Positions 53,630 to 64,000 of a DNA stretch of 64,000 nucleotides are shown in pieces (the stretch's first letter is position 1; every line of letters begins with the position of its first letter). This stretch comes from Octopus sinensis (Eukaryota). The translations under genes and the position numbers were made by a program. The stretch covers positions 169,074,001 to 169,138,000 of the forward strand of contig NC_042998.1 in assembly GCF_006345805.1 (NCBI RefSeq), read 5' to 3'. Below the pieces are notes generated by a model, which was given only the letters and a program-made list of their open reading frames with translations, was not told the origin of the DNA and made no database searches.

Positions 53630-55110
53630 TGTATTTTTCAATGTATACAAATAACACGGAAAAAATAAATAAATAGTTACCAGGGCAGCAAAAAATTCAC
53701 ATAAATATCAAGGATGTTACAGCCTACTTAAAAGGTAGAAATTCCATGGTTTAGTGAAATGTTTTTGTATAACAGATAAATAAAGAAATGGAGTTATACG
53801 CAGGTGTTATTCAAATCTTTATACTTCCGACATATGTTTCGAAGAAAACATTGGTATTACTCCAGAGGGAATAAAATGATGTAAAACAATGGGATCTTCT
53901 CATCAGAGAAAAAAAGAGAAACAACATGAATAAGCCATTTTAACCGAATGTGATGACTGCGTATATGATGAAGGGAACACTCGCAAGTTATTTTTTTTAA
54001 ACCATTAATAGATGTAACGTCAAATGCAATTTAGAAAAAGAGGAGGAAGATAGAAAATAGCAGAAAACCAAGAGTGGAGAAATATAGTGCGATAAATGAA
54101 TGGGAATAAAGCTTAAAAGTGTGGAAATAGATATATTTAGTGGAAATGAAATGTAAGAAGACAGTTAAAGGTCGAATTTTATAGATTGGTAGAAATTACT
54201 TATAGGAACTAAAGGTATGTTTTTGCCAATGTTTGCAACGTTAAACGCCTTCTTTAAACGTGTTTACAAGAGAATTCTCTGAGAACAGGATGAGATAGAG
54301 TTCTTCGATACAGAGCGGACAAGAAGATTTACCTTTATCATATGGAAAGGCCCTACATAGAATATTCCATTCCAAATCAAGTTGTTTATTATGTTCTTTC
54401 AGAGACCAAATTAATTTACTAAGCCCAGTATTGTTCCGTTTATCGAAGAACTACCTATGTAAAAAAGACATAGGAATCGGAAGTAATTTTACATTGATAA
54501 ACAGTTTGTAGTCTTAGAATTGCTGCTAAGGAAACGAATGCGATTGAAATTTATATAAAAAATACTAACATTGTTATTATTGTTCAATAATATCAATGTT
54601 ATTATTTTCATTAAGTGGATTTGTATTTAGCAACTTATTTTTACGAAGAGATGATTTGTGAAAGGTTTTTGTAGTTTGAAAACCCTACTCTGATTCGGTG
54701 TGAATTGATAATAGAATGGTATCTTGAATTTTGGAGGAAATTCTTATCTATAGCTTCACAAAACTGGTAAGAGCGGTTGGATTTCATCTGCGTACCATAT
54801 GAAATTATCAACCAAACAGTTTTACTAGAACATAGCTTGTTATTAGGGTAATTGTCTTTAAAAGTCCTAGATGTATTTTATAACGATGAAAGGGTCTTAA
54901 AGAATGGTTATCTCCTTTACGCTTAAAGTCAAATTTTTTGATGTAGTGTTATTATTCGAACTAAAATTTATATTATTATTACCGTTATGCCGTGATTGCA
55001 TGTCCTGATTAATAGAGGCAGAATTAATGCCAATAGGGTTAATATGGGTAATTTTTTCTTTCTAGCCTGCTTTAAGTAAAGCAGAGTTATAAAATTCGAC
55101 CTTTTCATTG
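53630..55110 (-). mobile_element. Penelope-like element 3' half, decayed
   Basis: NNTGLSKLIWSLKEHNKQLDLEWNILCRAFPYDKGKSSCPLCIEELYLIL matches the PLE GIY-YIG C-terminal pattern; hammerhead lies downstream in sense orientation. Confidence 0.8.
53825..53910 (-). ncRNA. Canonical-core minimal type I hammerhead ribozyme
   Basis: Minus strand: ttct CTGATGA gaaga-(49 nt)-tcttc GAAA C-ATAT-G TC ggaa; GUC cleavage triplet. Confidence 0.8.
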
Positions 55111-55222
55111 AAGATATATATATATAACACAAATAGGATTTAAAATTTACTACAGCTGTTTTGGTATCATTTCACTGATAGATTAAATATGTGTGTGTGT
55201 GTGCGTGTGTGTGTGTGCGTGA

Positions 55223-55254
<32 letters not shown>

Positions 55255-56153
55255 TACAGCAGTGTTTCGTAAACAACAAAAGGTTCTTACATAAATTTGT
55301 TATGGAATCTCAGACTGCTAATTACAGGTAAATCTAGAAAAACACCTATTTTATATATTGTTTAAATTTGTATTTATATCGCACCATGTAAAACCGGTTA
55401 TTAACCACTGTGTATTATTTTACATACTAAATGCCTATTATTACACACAATGTAAAAAAATAAATAAATACACTATTTCGTGCTGAACAGAAATTTTGGT
55501 TGGTTTATGTGTCTGGACAAACGTTGTGAATTGTTGTCCTGAGTGGCATTATTTTAAAGGAAGTACTATTCGTATGCATTGCTATTTAGAAAATACTGTA
55601 GTGTTAGTTTTGTAAGAGCTGTCTATGGTTCATTTTACAGAGCACTGAAGCATCTCAAACATCACAGTTAATAGCAACACTGACTGTGACCATATCTTTA
55701 TAAAACGTAGACCAAGGGTTCCTAACCTTTTTACTACCAAGGACCCCTCTTATTTAAATGAGTTTTGCCCGGTTCCCTTTTAATATGTTTATCCTTATGT
55801 ATGTATATACGTATATATATATATAAATGAGTAACTAAGATGTACAAGTGTCAATGAATTGACACCTGTACATCTTTGCTATTCATTTATATTCTGTTCA
55901 TCTACCTTGGAATCTACATTTCGGAAATACTATAGAAAGTACCTTTATGAAAAGTACGTGTCTAAATTACAAAGAGCGGGTATAACCACTTAGCTGGGTT
56001 GCGTTGTCTGCACACGCGGTTGGAACATCATGTGCAAATACCCCTGAACGGAGTCTTGATATTCAATATTCAATCAATATTGAGTGCGTATTATATCGAC
56101 CTAGCAAGGTACCTCAAGTTAAGCATCTAATTCAATTCAACGGAATTTTAATC

Positions 56154-56188
<35 letters not shown>

Positions 56189-56190
56189 CA

Positions 56191-56222
<32 letters not shown>

Positions 56223-59200
56223 ACTTGTGTTGATGTGCTTTTGTTCCCGAAACTTAGGGGTTCGGCAAAAGAGTCCGGTAGAATACGTACCAAGCTTAAG
56301 GGAAAAGAAAGTATTGTTGGCGATTCATTTGACTAAAAATTCTATCAAGGTCGAGCCCCAACATGGCCGCAGTCTCAGGACTGAAACAAGTAAAAGATAC
56401 AGTGTATTTCTTTTTGTTTAACTTGTTCCTTTTGTAATATTCTTTCCAGTTTGTGTTTTTCTAATTTACATGTGAATACGTATCAGTATTCGTTTTGAAA
56501 AATTTCTATATTATCTATATCTGAAAGATGTATAGAGCGCATAGATACGCATGCTCACAAACAAACAAAACAATGAGAAGGTCTTTACAGATACCTAGGA
56601 ATCATAGCATTTCTCGTTAAATGTTTTCTTTTTCCACATAAAAATCTGCTGAGTGTAGGCACTGCATTGTGTTTTTAATTGTACTTCTTAGTAATGAATA
56701 GCCAGAAGCTAATGCGAATAATTCTTTCAGTTTCTATTTCGAGGATGACTACCGATGTCTAAAAGACGTCTTTTTTTTCCCCCTTCAAATTAGTATGTTC
56801 TACGAGATCATCTCATTTTAAAACAAAATCTCATAGGTTAATTATCAGAGCTAGTAGTTGTTTTTTGTTATTATTGTTGTTGCTGCTGCTGCTACTGTTT
56901 TTTGTTTTATTTGGGTTTTTTGTTGTTTTTTTTCATTAAACAGATTGCTTATAGAACGTAACCTTTTAACTCCTCTTACAGTGTCAAATATTATTATGTC
57001 CGTCTTATAGACAAAATCTGATTAAAATCAATCAGCACCTTAGAAAGAATACAGGGAATTTCAATTGCAGGAAAAAATGGATTTAGGGATGAGAAGAAAT
57101 AACTTACGGAAAGTCTTATGGAAATTGCAATATTCTATTTTCAGCTTCAACGAAAATAAAAAAAAATCATCGGAATGATTAGTTAGCGTAACTTAATCAA
57201 TCACAGTCCAAAGACAAAGAATGTAGGTTCAATTTTTCATCATAATTGCGATGAAGTAAACATGTAGGCGTTTTCATGTAAGTATGTGTCAGAGTTGAAG
57301 ATACATTTTTCATGCTCATTATAAGAAACAGAGAAAGATGGCGAACTGGCCAAAATCATTAGCACACCGGAGGAAATTCTTAGCGGCATTTCGTCCGTTT
57401 TTATTTTCTAAGTTGAAATTCCGCCGTGGTCGATCTCGATAAATTAAGTACCAGTAAAACACTGGATCGTTGTAATCAACTTGTCCACTCCCCCAAATGT
57501 CAGGCCTTTAGTAGAAAGGATTATCAGAAATAGAGAGGAACGACAGATGAGAAATAGAAAAGGTAGTTTCGAATTAAATAATTTACAGTATTAAATTCTG
57601 TCACTCCTTTGCATTTTTCGTTTAAATCTCGTCATGGCTGACTTTAACTCTCATGCATCCAACGTCAGCGATGAAATAAGACTAGTCATATATTACAGCC
57701 ACCTAAACAGGTTGAACATTTCGGTTACACATATTTGCGATATTGTGTCCATGTATGAAATCATTACTAGAAACATGGAGAACGTTTTAATAATGAAGAC
57801 TGTATAAATATTAATGCCATGCAATAAGTGAACTGGGGGTACGAAATTTCACATCACTCATTGCACATTTTGCAATATTATATTTCCTCTCCTCTAAATC
57901 AGGTAGGTCTTGCGTCTGTGTAAGAAGTAATTATTTAAAACGGAAATTCACAGCTATTTAAGGTCAACTTTGCCGTTCAACAATCTAGAGTCGATTACAT
58001 AAAGTACCAGTCAACTCCTGAGTCGAATTAATATTCTCATAAAGTATCTTTGTGTGAATAGAATTATAACAGAAGACTAAAACCGGGATTGCCGTTGTTG
58101 TCAGATAATCCTGAGTTAGCCCTAATCGATCAGTCTTATTGCACACAAGTGATGAAGCACGATCAACAAGTCCTAACTGAATTCCATACTGCATAATCTG
58201 ACATGCAGCGAGGAATTATATATAAGCGTCTAGATATGTTGTATCTATCCACTCTCCAGCCTATTTCTATAGCCATAAGATGGTGGCTGCAGTAGGGTTT
58301 TACAGTTTTAGGGATGAAGAGAAATTAGAATTGGTAGCCTTTATTTTTCTTAGAGGAATATTCCATCTAATAAGTATCGAAACTTGTCAATAGACTGTGT
58401 TCGCCTGGTTCATATTTTTTTTGTTCACTACGGCACTAGTTTCTGACCTCAAATTTTAAGTAACCTAGAAACACATATTTTTAAACATTTACAATTAATA
58501 CCCAATGTGTTTCTTGTTGGCCTTTCTCAGAACGAACTATTCAGCTTGGTATATTTATATACTTGTAAGCTGAATGCATGATGTAACAATCAGCTGAAGA
58601 ATAAAATTTAAAAAAATTTAGAATGGAAAATCAATAAGTCTATGAACAACAAGCTCGTAAAATACTGGTACTTTAGGAAAACTTATAAAAAGAAATTGAA
58701 TTCTTTTGAATGTTCAATTCATCTAATTTCATTGTCTCTTATTTTCTTTATGAGAACATGGGCTGGATCAACTTGAAGAATAGGTAATTAGTGAGCAGGT
58801 AGATACTTTCCATATATTTATTTTTGGTAAATGTTCATGTAAACACTTAGAGACAGATATGCAACCACTAGTTTTACAGTGTAACAATCTTGCAATAATT
58901 GCGCAATCAGTATGACATCTTTGATACTAGACAAACAATAAATAGCGATGGGTGGTCTTTCGTTTCAGTAATATCATTTAAAGGAAGTTAGGTGAGTTTG
59001 GCATCTGCAAATGACTGGTAGGATTTCCAATCAAGTAAGCAATTCGAGCGAGAATAAAAACGGTTTTTCGATTTATATAAGAATAAATTTTAATATTATT
59101 TTTAAGTATTGGAACAAGGTATCACATTTTGGAATGGAATATAGAAACAGAGGCCGTGCATTAGAAGAATAGGTAGAACAACATACAAACTGCTTTACGT

Positions 59201-59567
59201 TCTGAGTTCAAATCCTACTTAGAGCAACTTCAGTACCCAACTTTCCAGGGTCAAAAGAATAGATACCAATGAGGTACTAATTCATTTCAATGATACCTTT
59301 TCCAAAAGGTGTCTTACCTTGTAACTATTTTAAAAACTAATATGCCAAATATAACTAAGATTGACAGAATTGCCTGAGTGACGTAAAGAATTTCTTTTGG
59401 TTTTAGAGGCATCGCTTTTCATTCTTATGCTAGAATCCTACCAATCAACCAGACTTTGCATCATTCTATGATCGATAAAATAAGTTCCAATCATGTACTG
59501 AGATCAGCTTAATTAACTATTCTCGTTCTGTATAATAAATATGGCTAATATTAGAAGCGCTATATAA

Positions 59568-59995
59568 TGCAGCGAACTGGCAGAATCATTAGCACGCCGG
59601 GAAAAATGTTTAGTATCATTTCGCCTGTCGTTGCGTTCACATTCTGCCAAGGTCGACTTTACCTTTCATCCCTTTCGGGATCGGTAAAATAAGTACCAGT
59701 GGAATATTGGAGTCGATGTAATCGACTTACTCCTTCTACGAAAATTTCAGGCCTTGTTCCTAGAAAGGAATATTACAAACACAATTAAGGCGGTAAACTG
59801 GCAGAATCGTCAACACGCCGAACAAAGTGCTTAACGGCATTTCGTCCGTCTTTACGTTCAAATTCCGTCGAGGTCGATTTTGTTTTTCATACTTTCGAGG
59901 TTGATCAAATAAGTACCAGTTTAGTACTGGGGTCGGTGTAATCGACTTGTCCCTTTTTTGAAATTGCTGGCCTTATGCCAAAATTTGAAAGGAAT
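59568..59995 (+). mobile_element. Two adjacent SINE-A copies (tails B and C); other copies at ~9170, 38260, 40070-40450, 42575-42890 and 57338
   Basis: Head and core motif tttcatcc(c)tttcgggg..gataaaataagtaccag. Confidence 0.8.
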
Positions 59996-60459
59996 AATAG
60001 AAACACTATTGCTAAAAGTCGAATACTGAAGTTTATAAATCTAATTAATTACTAATAGTTGAATATTCAAGCTTACATGAATGCTAAACTCAAACCTACT
60101 GTTGAAACAAAAATAAAGAACATTTTATTCGTTAGTATTCGATAATTTCGTTATGAAAGTTTAAGTTCAAATCCTTTTCAGATTCTAATAAACTCAGCTG
60201 TAACTGGTTAGGTTCGAGCCATTGGCTTCCCACGGATATATCATGATATTATATTGTGTTCTACACAGCGGTTAAGGTGTTTATGAGGATTAAAATCAGT
60301 CATGGTCAAGTTGCTGCCTTCGGGACTCTCTGAATGGTACGCCTAACGAAAAATTACCTACAATTATTTTAGTAGTGAGGCCCGCTTGGTGATGAGCTAA
60401 GAAATGTCGTGTCAACGATTAGCTGGTGATAATTTTTAAAATGAGAATATTTGAAATAA

Positions 60460-60925
60460 ACTCGACTGCTCTCACAAACGAGAATACTAAAAATGAACCC
60501 GACCGCTCTCAAAAATTAAGTAAAGGAAAAACGGAAAAATAATCCAGAATCCTTGTACGTTTTAAATGAATAGCATGAGACCTTTTGCTTTTCTCTTCTC
60601 TTAAATTCTGGCATTCCTTTGGTATAGAATTATGTATGTATGTAAGTATACCCTAAATTGTTAATATGTGTGTATAATATATAAGGGAGATAATATAGTA
60701 TATTTAGACTTCATCTAAAGTAAATATAACAAAAAATAATCCAGAGTCTTTGTCCTGTACCGGATTAATTCCAAAATTTAATCAGTTCGTGCCAGTCCCA
60801 AGACCAAACAACCCAGAAAGTTTCATTCGAATCCATCCAGCGGTTCTTGAGATATCTTGTCCACGGACAGACAAGCAAACGCGACCGAAAACAATCCCTC
60901 CACCTTCGCTAAGGCGGAGTTAACA
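60460..60925 (+). mobile_element. Putative Helentron-associated (HINE-like) non-autonomous element
   Basis: 3' end cggacagacaagcaaac...aaaacaatccctccaccttcgctaaggcggagttaa with a terminal hairpin; class assignment is from memory. Confidence 0.35.
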
Positions 60926-62057
60926 AGGACACCGTGTAATTTAAGAATTAGGGTTATAAATAATGAGATCACAGAAATACTGGAAACCACTAAGTTGAGG
61001 TAATATCACGAATCCAAGGAAGGTGTTGGTACACTACATCGGAAATAATGAGATAAAAGGAAAGTTCGATAGGTGAGTTGAATAAATTAATTTGCCGAGT
61101 GGCAATTGGTCACAACAAACTTTTTCTGTGACTTTTCCTGATGGTAATTGTATGAGCTTAGTACGGATAATATACAGTTTTCGGCATTGAATATTATTTA
61201 GTTCTCTATTAGAATTTAAACACTTTCAGCCTTTTGGAGTCCCTTAGTTTCGGGGGCCTTTTGTGTGTGTGTGTGTGTGCGTGCGTGCGCGTGTGTGTGT
61301 GAGTGTGTCTGCGTGTGTGTGTGTGTGCGTGTGTGTGTGTTTTGTCATCGTAGCTATAATCATGCTGAAGCATTTTAGTGTAATATTGCTCTAAAATAAA
61401 ATATGCTTTTCCAACAATAAAGGATCGCACATCCTTCATTTCTTAAACCCTTCAGAAGTTAGATTCCAAAATTGTTTGGTGCAAGGCCAAATACATATTT
61501 CTATAAAAAAAATTTACTTAAGCGTAAATTTCCTTCGGGAGGATTAATTAATATTTGAAGCATAATGTGTGTGAGAAAAGAAATCCTGAGAGAATATATT
61601 TTACTGAGTTATTTTCAGAGAATCTCAAGTTGTTTTTTACAATACGTAGACAAAACAAAGGAAATGAAATCAGAACGTGAACAACGGTATTTGATCCACC
61701 AGACTATACGCGTTCAATAAAATTTTTAATGTTTTTCACTGAGGATGAGTATTTAAACTAGTGAGGTTTGAGGCGGGGCAATAAAACCTCCACCTACTGT
61801 ATAGAACTATTCTACATTAGTGTTGGTTGGAAAGAGGACCTTGCTATGTGACAAAGATTTTATTGCACAACATATGTTGGTTTCATTCTTACCAAGCAAA
61901 ACCTCGCCAGATTAAACGACTTTCTTAATGGTCACGGAATACGTTCAAATACCGCTATTCCATTCTTCTATTTGGTCATCCCATAAATAATGCGGTTTTT
62001 TTCAATTGCATGAACTAAAAGTCGGAGATGGGTGGGATAAACTACCTGCATCAACTT

Positions 62058-62925
62058 ATTATAAAATCAGGTAGTAATTTTCCCTTATACTTAGTGCGAG
62101 TTTTGAAGAGTGCAGTTCGATTTTAATAGTTATTTTTTCAAAACTATAATGGAAATGACAAAGGAGCGTATTCAGCATATTTTGCATTATGAGTTCAATA
62201 AAGGCCACAGTACACCCGAAGGTGCGAGGAATATTAATGCAGTATATGGGGATCGGACAATAAGTGTACGCCAATATCAACGGTGGTTCCAGAAATCCCG
62301 AGTTGGAAACTACAGCCTAGAAGACGAGCCTCATCTTGGAAGATATGTAGAGCTAGACGAGGATGTCTTGATAACCCTGATGGAACAAAATTCCAGCGTA
62401 ACTATTGAGGAAGTGGCAGAGAAGCTTGGATTTGGTCGTTCAACCATTCATCGACAGCTGCGTGTCATCAGAAAAGTCTGCAAATTGGGTCAATGGGTTC
62501 TTCACAAACTTTCCAAGTCTAGTCGCGTGCAGAGAGTGAATGTGTGTTCTTCTTTGCTGTCATGTCTCACGAATGAACCTTTGGGGGGGGGGACCGAACA
62601 GTGACTGGTGACGATAAATGGGTTCCCTACAAAAATGTCAAGCGCCGAAGACAGTGGGTAGGGAAAAGAGAAACACCAGCACCCCAGGCTAAAGGTCTTC
62701 AACCATGTATGGTGTTGCTATAAGTTTTGGTGGGATATGAAAGGTTTAGTCCACTTTGAACATTTCAACCGAAACCAAACGATAACAAAAGAGATCTACT
62801 GCGAGCATCTTGAGCGGCTTAAGTCAGCGCTAGAAGAAAAACGACCATCTTTGGTTTCAAGACGAAAGGTGTTCTTCTATCCGGCCACATACAGCGAGGA
62901 TGACATTCAAAGGCTGAAGTGGTTT
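62058..62925 (+). mobile_element. Mariner transposase, 5' two-thirds
   Basis: 164-aa ORF 62110-62604 with HTH motifs (RWFQKSR..LEDEP..GR; KLGQWVLHKL), then VTGDDKW and GLVHFE...ITKEIYCEHLERLK; cut by SINE-A at ~62925. Confidence 0.9.
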
Positions 62926-63270
62926 CTTTTCTACTCTAAGCACAAGGCTTGAAAGTTTGGTGGGAAGGGACCAGTTGATTAGATCGACGCCAGTACGCAA
63001 CTGGTACTTAATTTATCGCTCCCGAACGGATGAAAGGCAAAGTCAACCTTGGCGGAATTTGAATTTAGAACATAAAGACAGACGAAATACCTCAAAGCAT
63101 TTCGTTCGGCGTGCTAATGTTTCTTATTTCTTCATTGCCCACAAGGGGCTAAACATAGAGGGGACAAACAAGAACAGGCAAAGGGATTAAGTCGATTGCA
63201 TAACTGGTAAAGGGATTAAGTCGAGTGCGTAACTGGTACTTAATTTATCGACCCCGAAAGGATGAAAGAT
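62925..63270 (-). mobile_element. SINE-A composite (tail A unit joined to tail B unit)
   Basis: Junction gaagaaata|agaaacattagc near 63125. Confidence 0.8.
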
Positions 63271-64000
63271 ATTGGCCATGAGTTGTACCCATGAAATATG
63301 CGGATGTCGAAACTTATGCCTTCTATGATGAAGAAGTAAATAAGTGTATATAATGTTTATCTAAATTTGAGTTTGCGCGCTTTATACTGAAGATTAATAT
63401 ACATGACAGGAGAAAAATCATCTTTTCGTAAATACAATACAGAAATTTAAACTTTAACTGCATTGGAAATTCCACACTATACATTACATTGAACAATATA
63501 TAATTTTAAAACCCATTCCAAAAACAAAGATGGACTGTCCTGTTGAATCGAAAACAATAGAAAGGGTAAAATGAAGGTCATGTGAATTATTCAGAACAAT
63601 TGTATATTTACCATTTTACTGTAGGAGACCATTACACTTCACGACGAAGGCATTCGTCACCATTTTGGACTAAACAGCCTTTGCCAGTTGTTGGATATCT
63701 GACTATGAAGTAGACTAGCAGATATTATTTTCATCTTTATCAAGCAAAACGTCTGTAGTTTCTTTAAAGTCTTCCTTTGAAAAGTGTCCAATACAATATT
63801 CGTCTCTCTAAATGGTCTAAGAAATAATGTTTGTTAAGTTGATGAGTACTTAACCTGTGATTTTCCTAAGAAACCCAGAGGCCTAATTAGGTTTATTTTA
63901 CCAAAATCAATAAGTTTTATAACAATCTGCTAAAATTAGGCTGATCAGTCGAAAAAGATTATGTTTTAGGGGAAAGTGGATAATAAATTTTATCATTTAA

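Noticed and set aside
55712-56032. hAT-Charlie-like MITE
   Set aside because: Left end fits, but the right TIR is weak and no 8-bp TSD was found.

Overview
AT-rich, microsatellite-dense animal genomic DNA, most likely octopus (inferred from tRNA-derived SINE families I recognise as octopus-like), with one 100-N assembly gap at 33641-33740. I recognise no host protein-coding gene; most ORF-track entries are translations of (CA)n, (TA)n and (TACA)n tracts. The window is a layered transposon landscape: decayed mariner and Tc1 elements, a hAT MITE with an 8-bp TSD, a Helitron RepHel fragment plus non-autonomous Helitrons, CR1-like and R4/Dong-like LINE fragments, several Penelope-like (PLE) fragments carrying minimal hammerhead ribozymes, and several SINE families. 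The best candidates for undescribed biology are three. (1) A tRNA-headed, hammerhead-bearing SINE-like element arranged as a ~400-bp palindrome (50.6-51.0 kb). (2) A head-less 183-bp SINE unit inserted as a head-to-tail trimer inside one 21-bp TSD (28.9-29.5 kb). (3) An ORF1-only, zinc-knuckle gag-like retroelement (13.4-15.0 kb) that ends at the same GAAAT(C/A)|GGTAT junction, hinting at a shared sequence-specific mobilisation system. Family names and ribozyme folds were assigned by eye and need computational confirmation.
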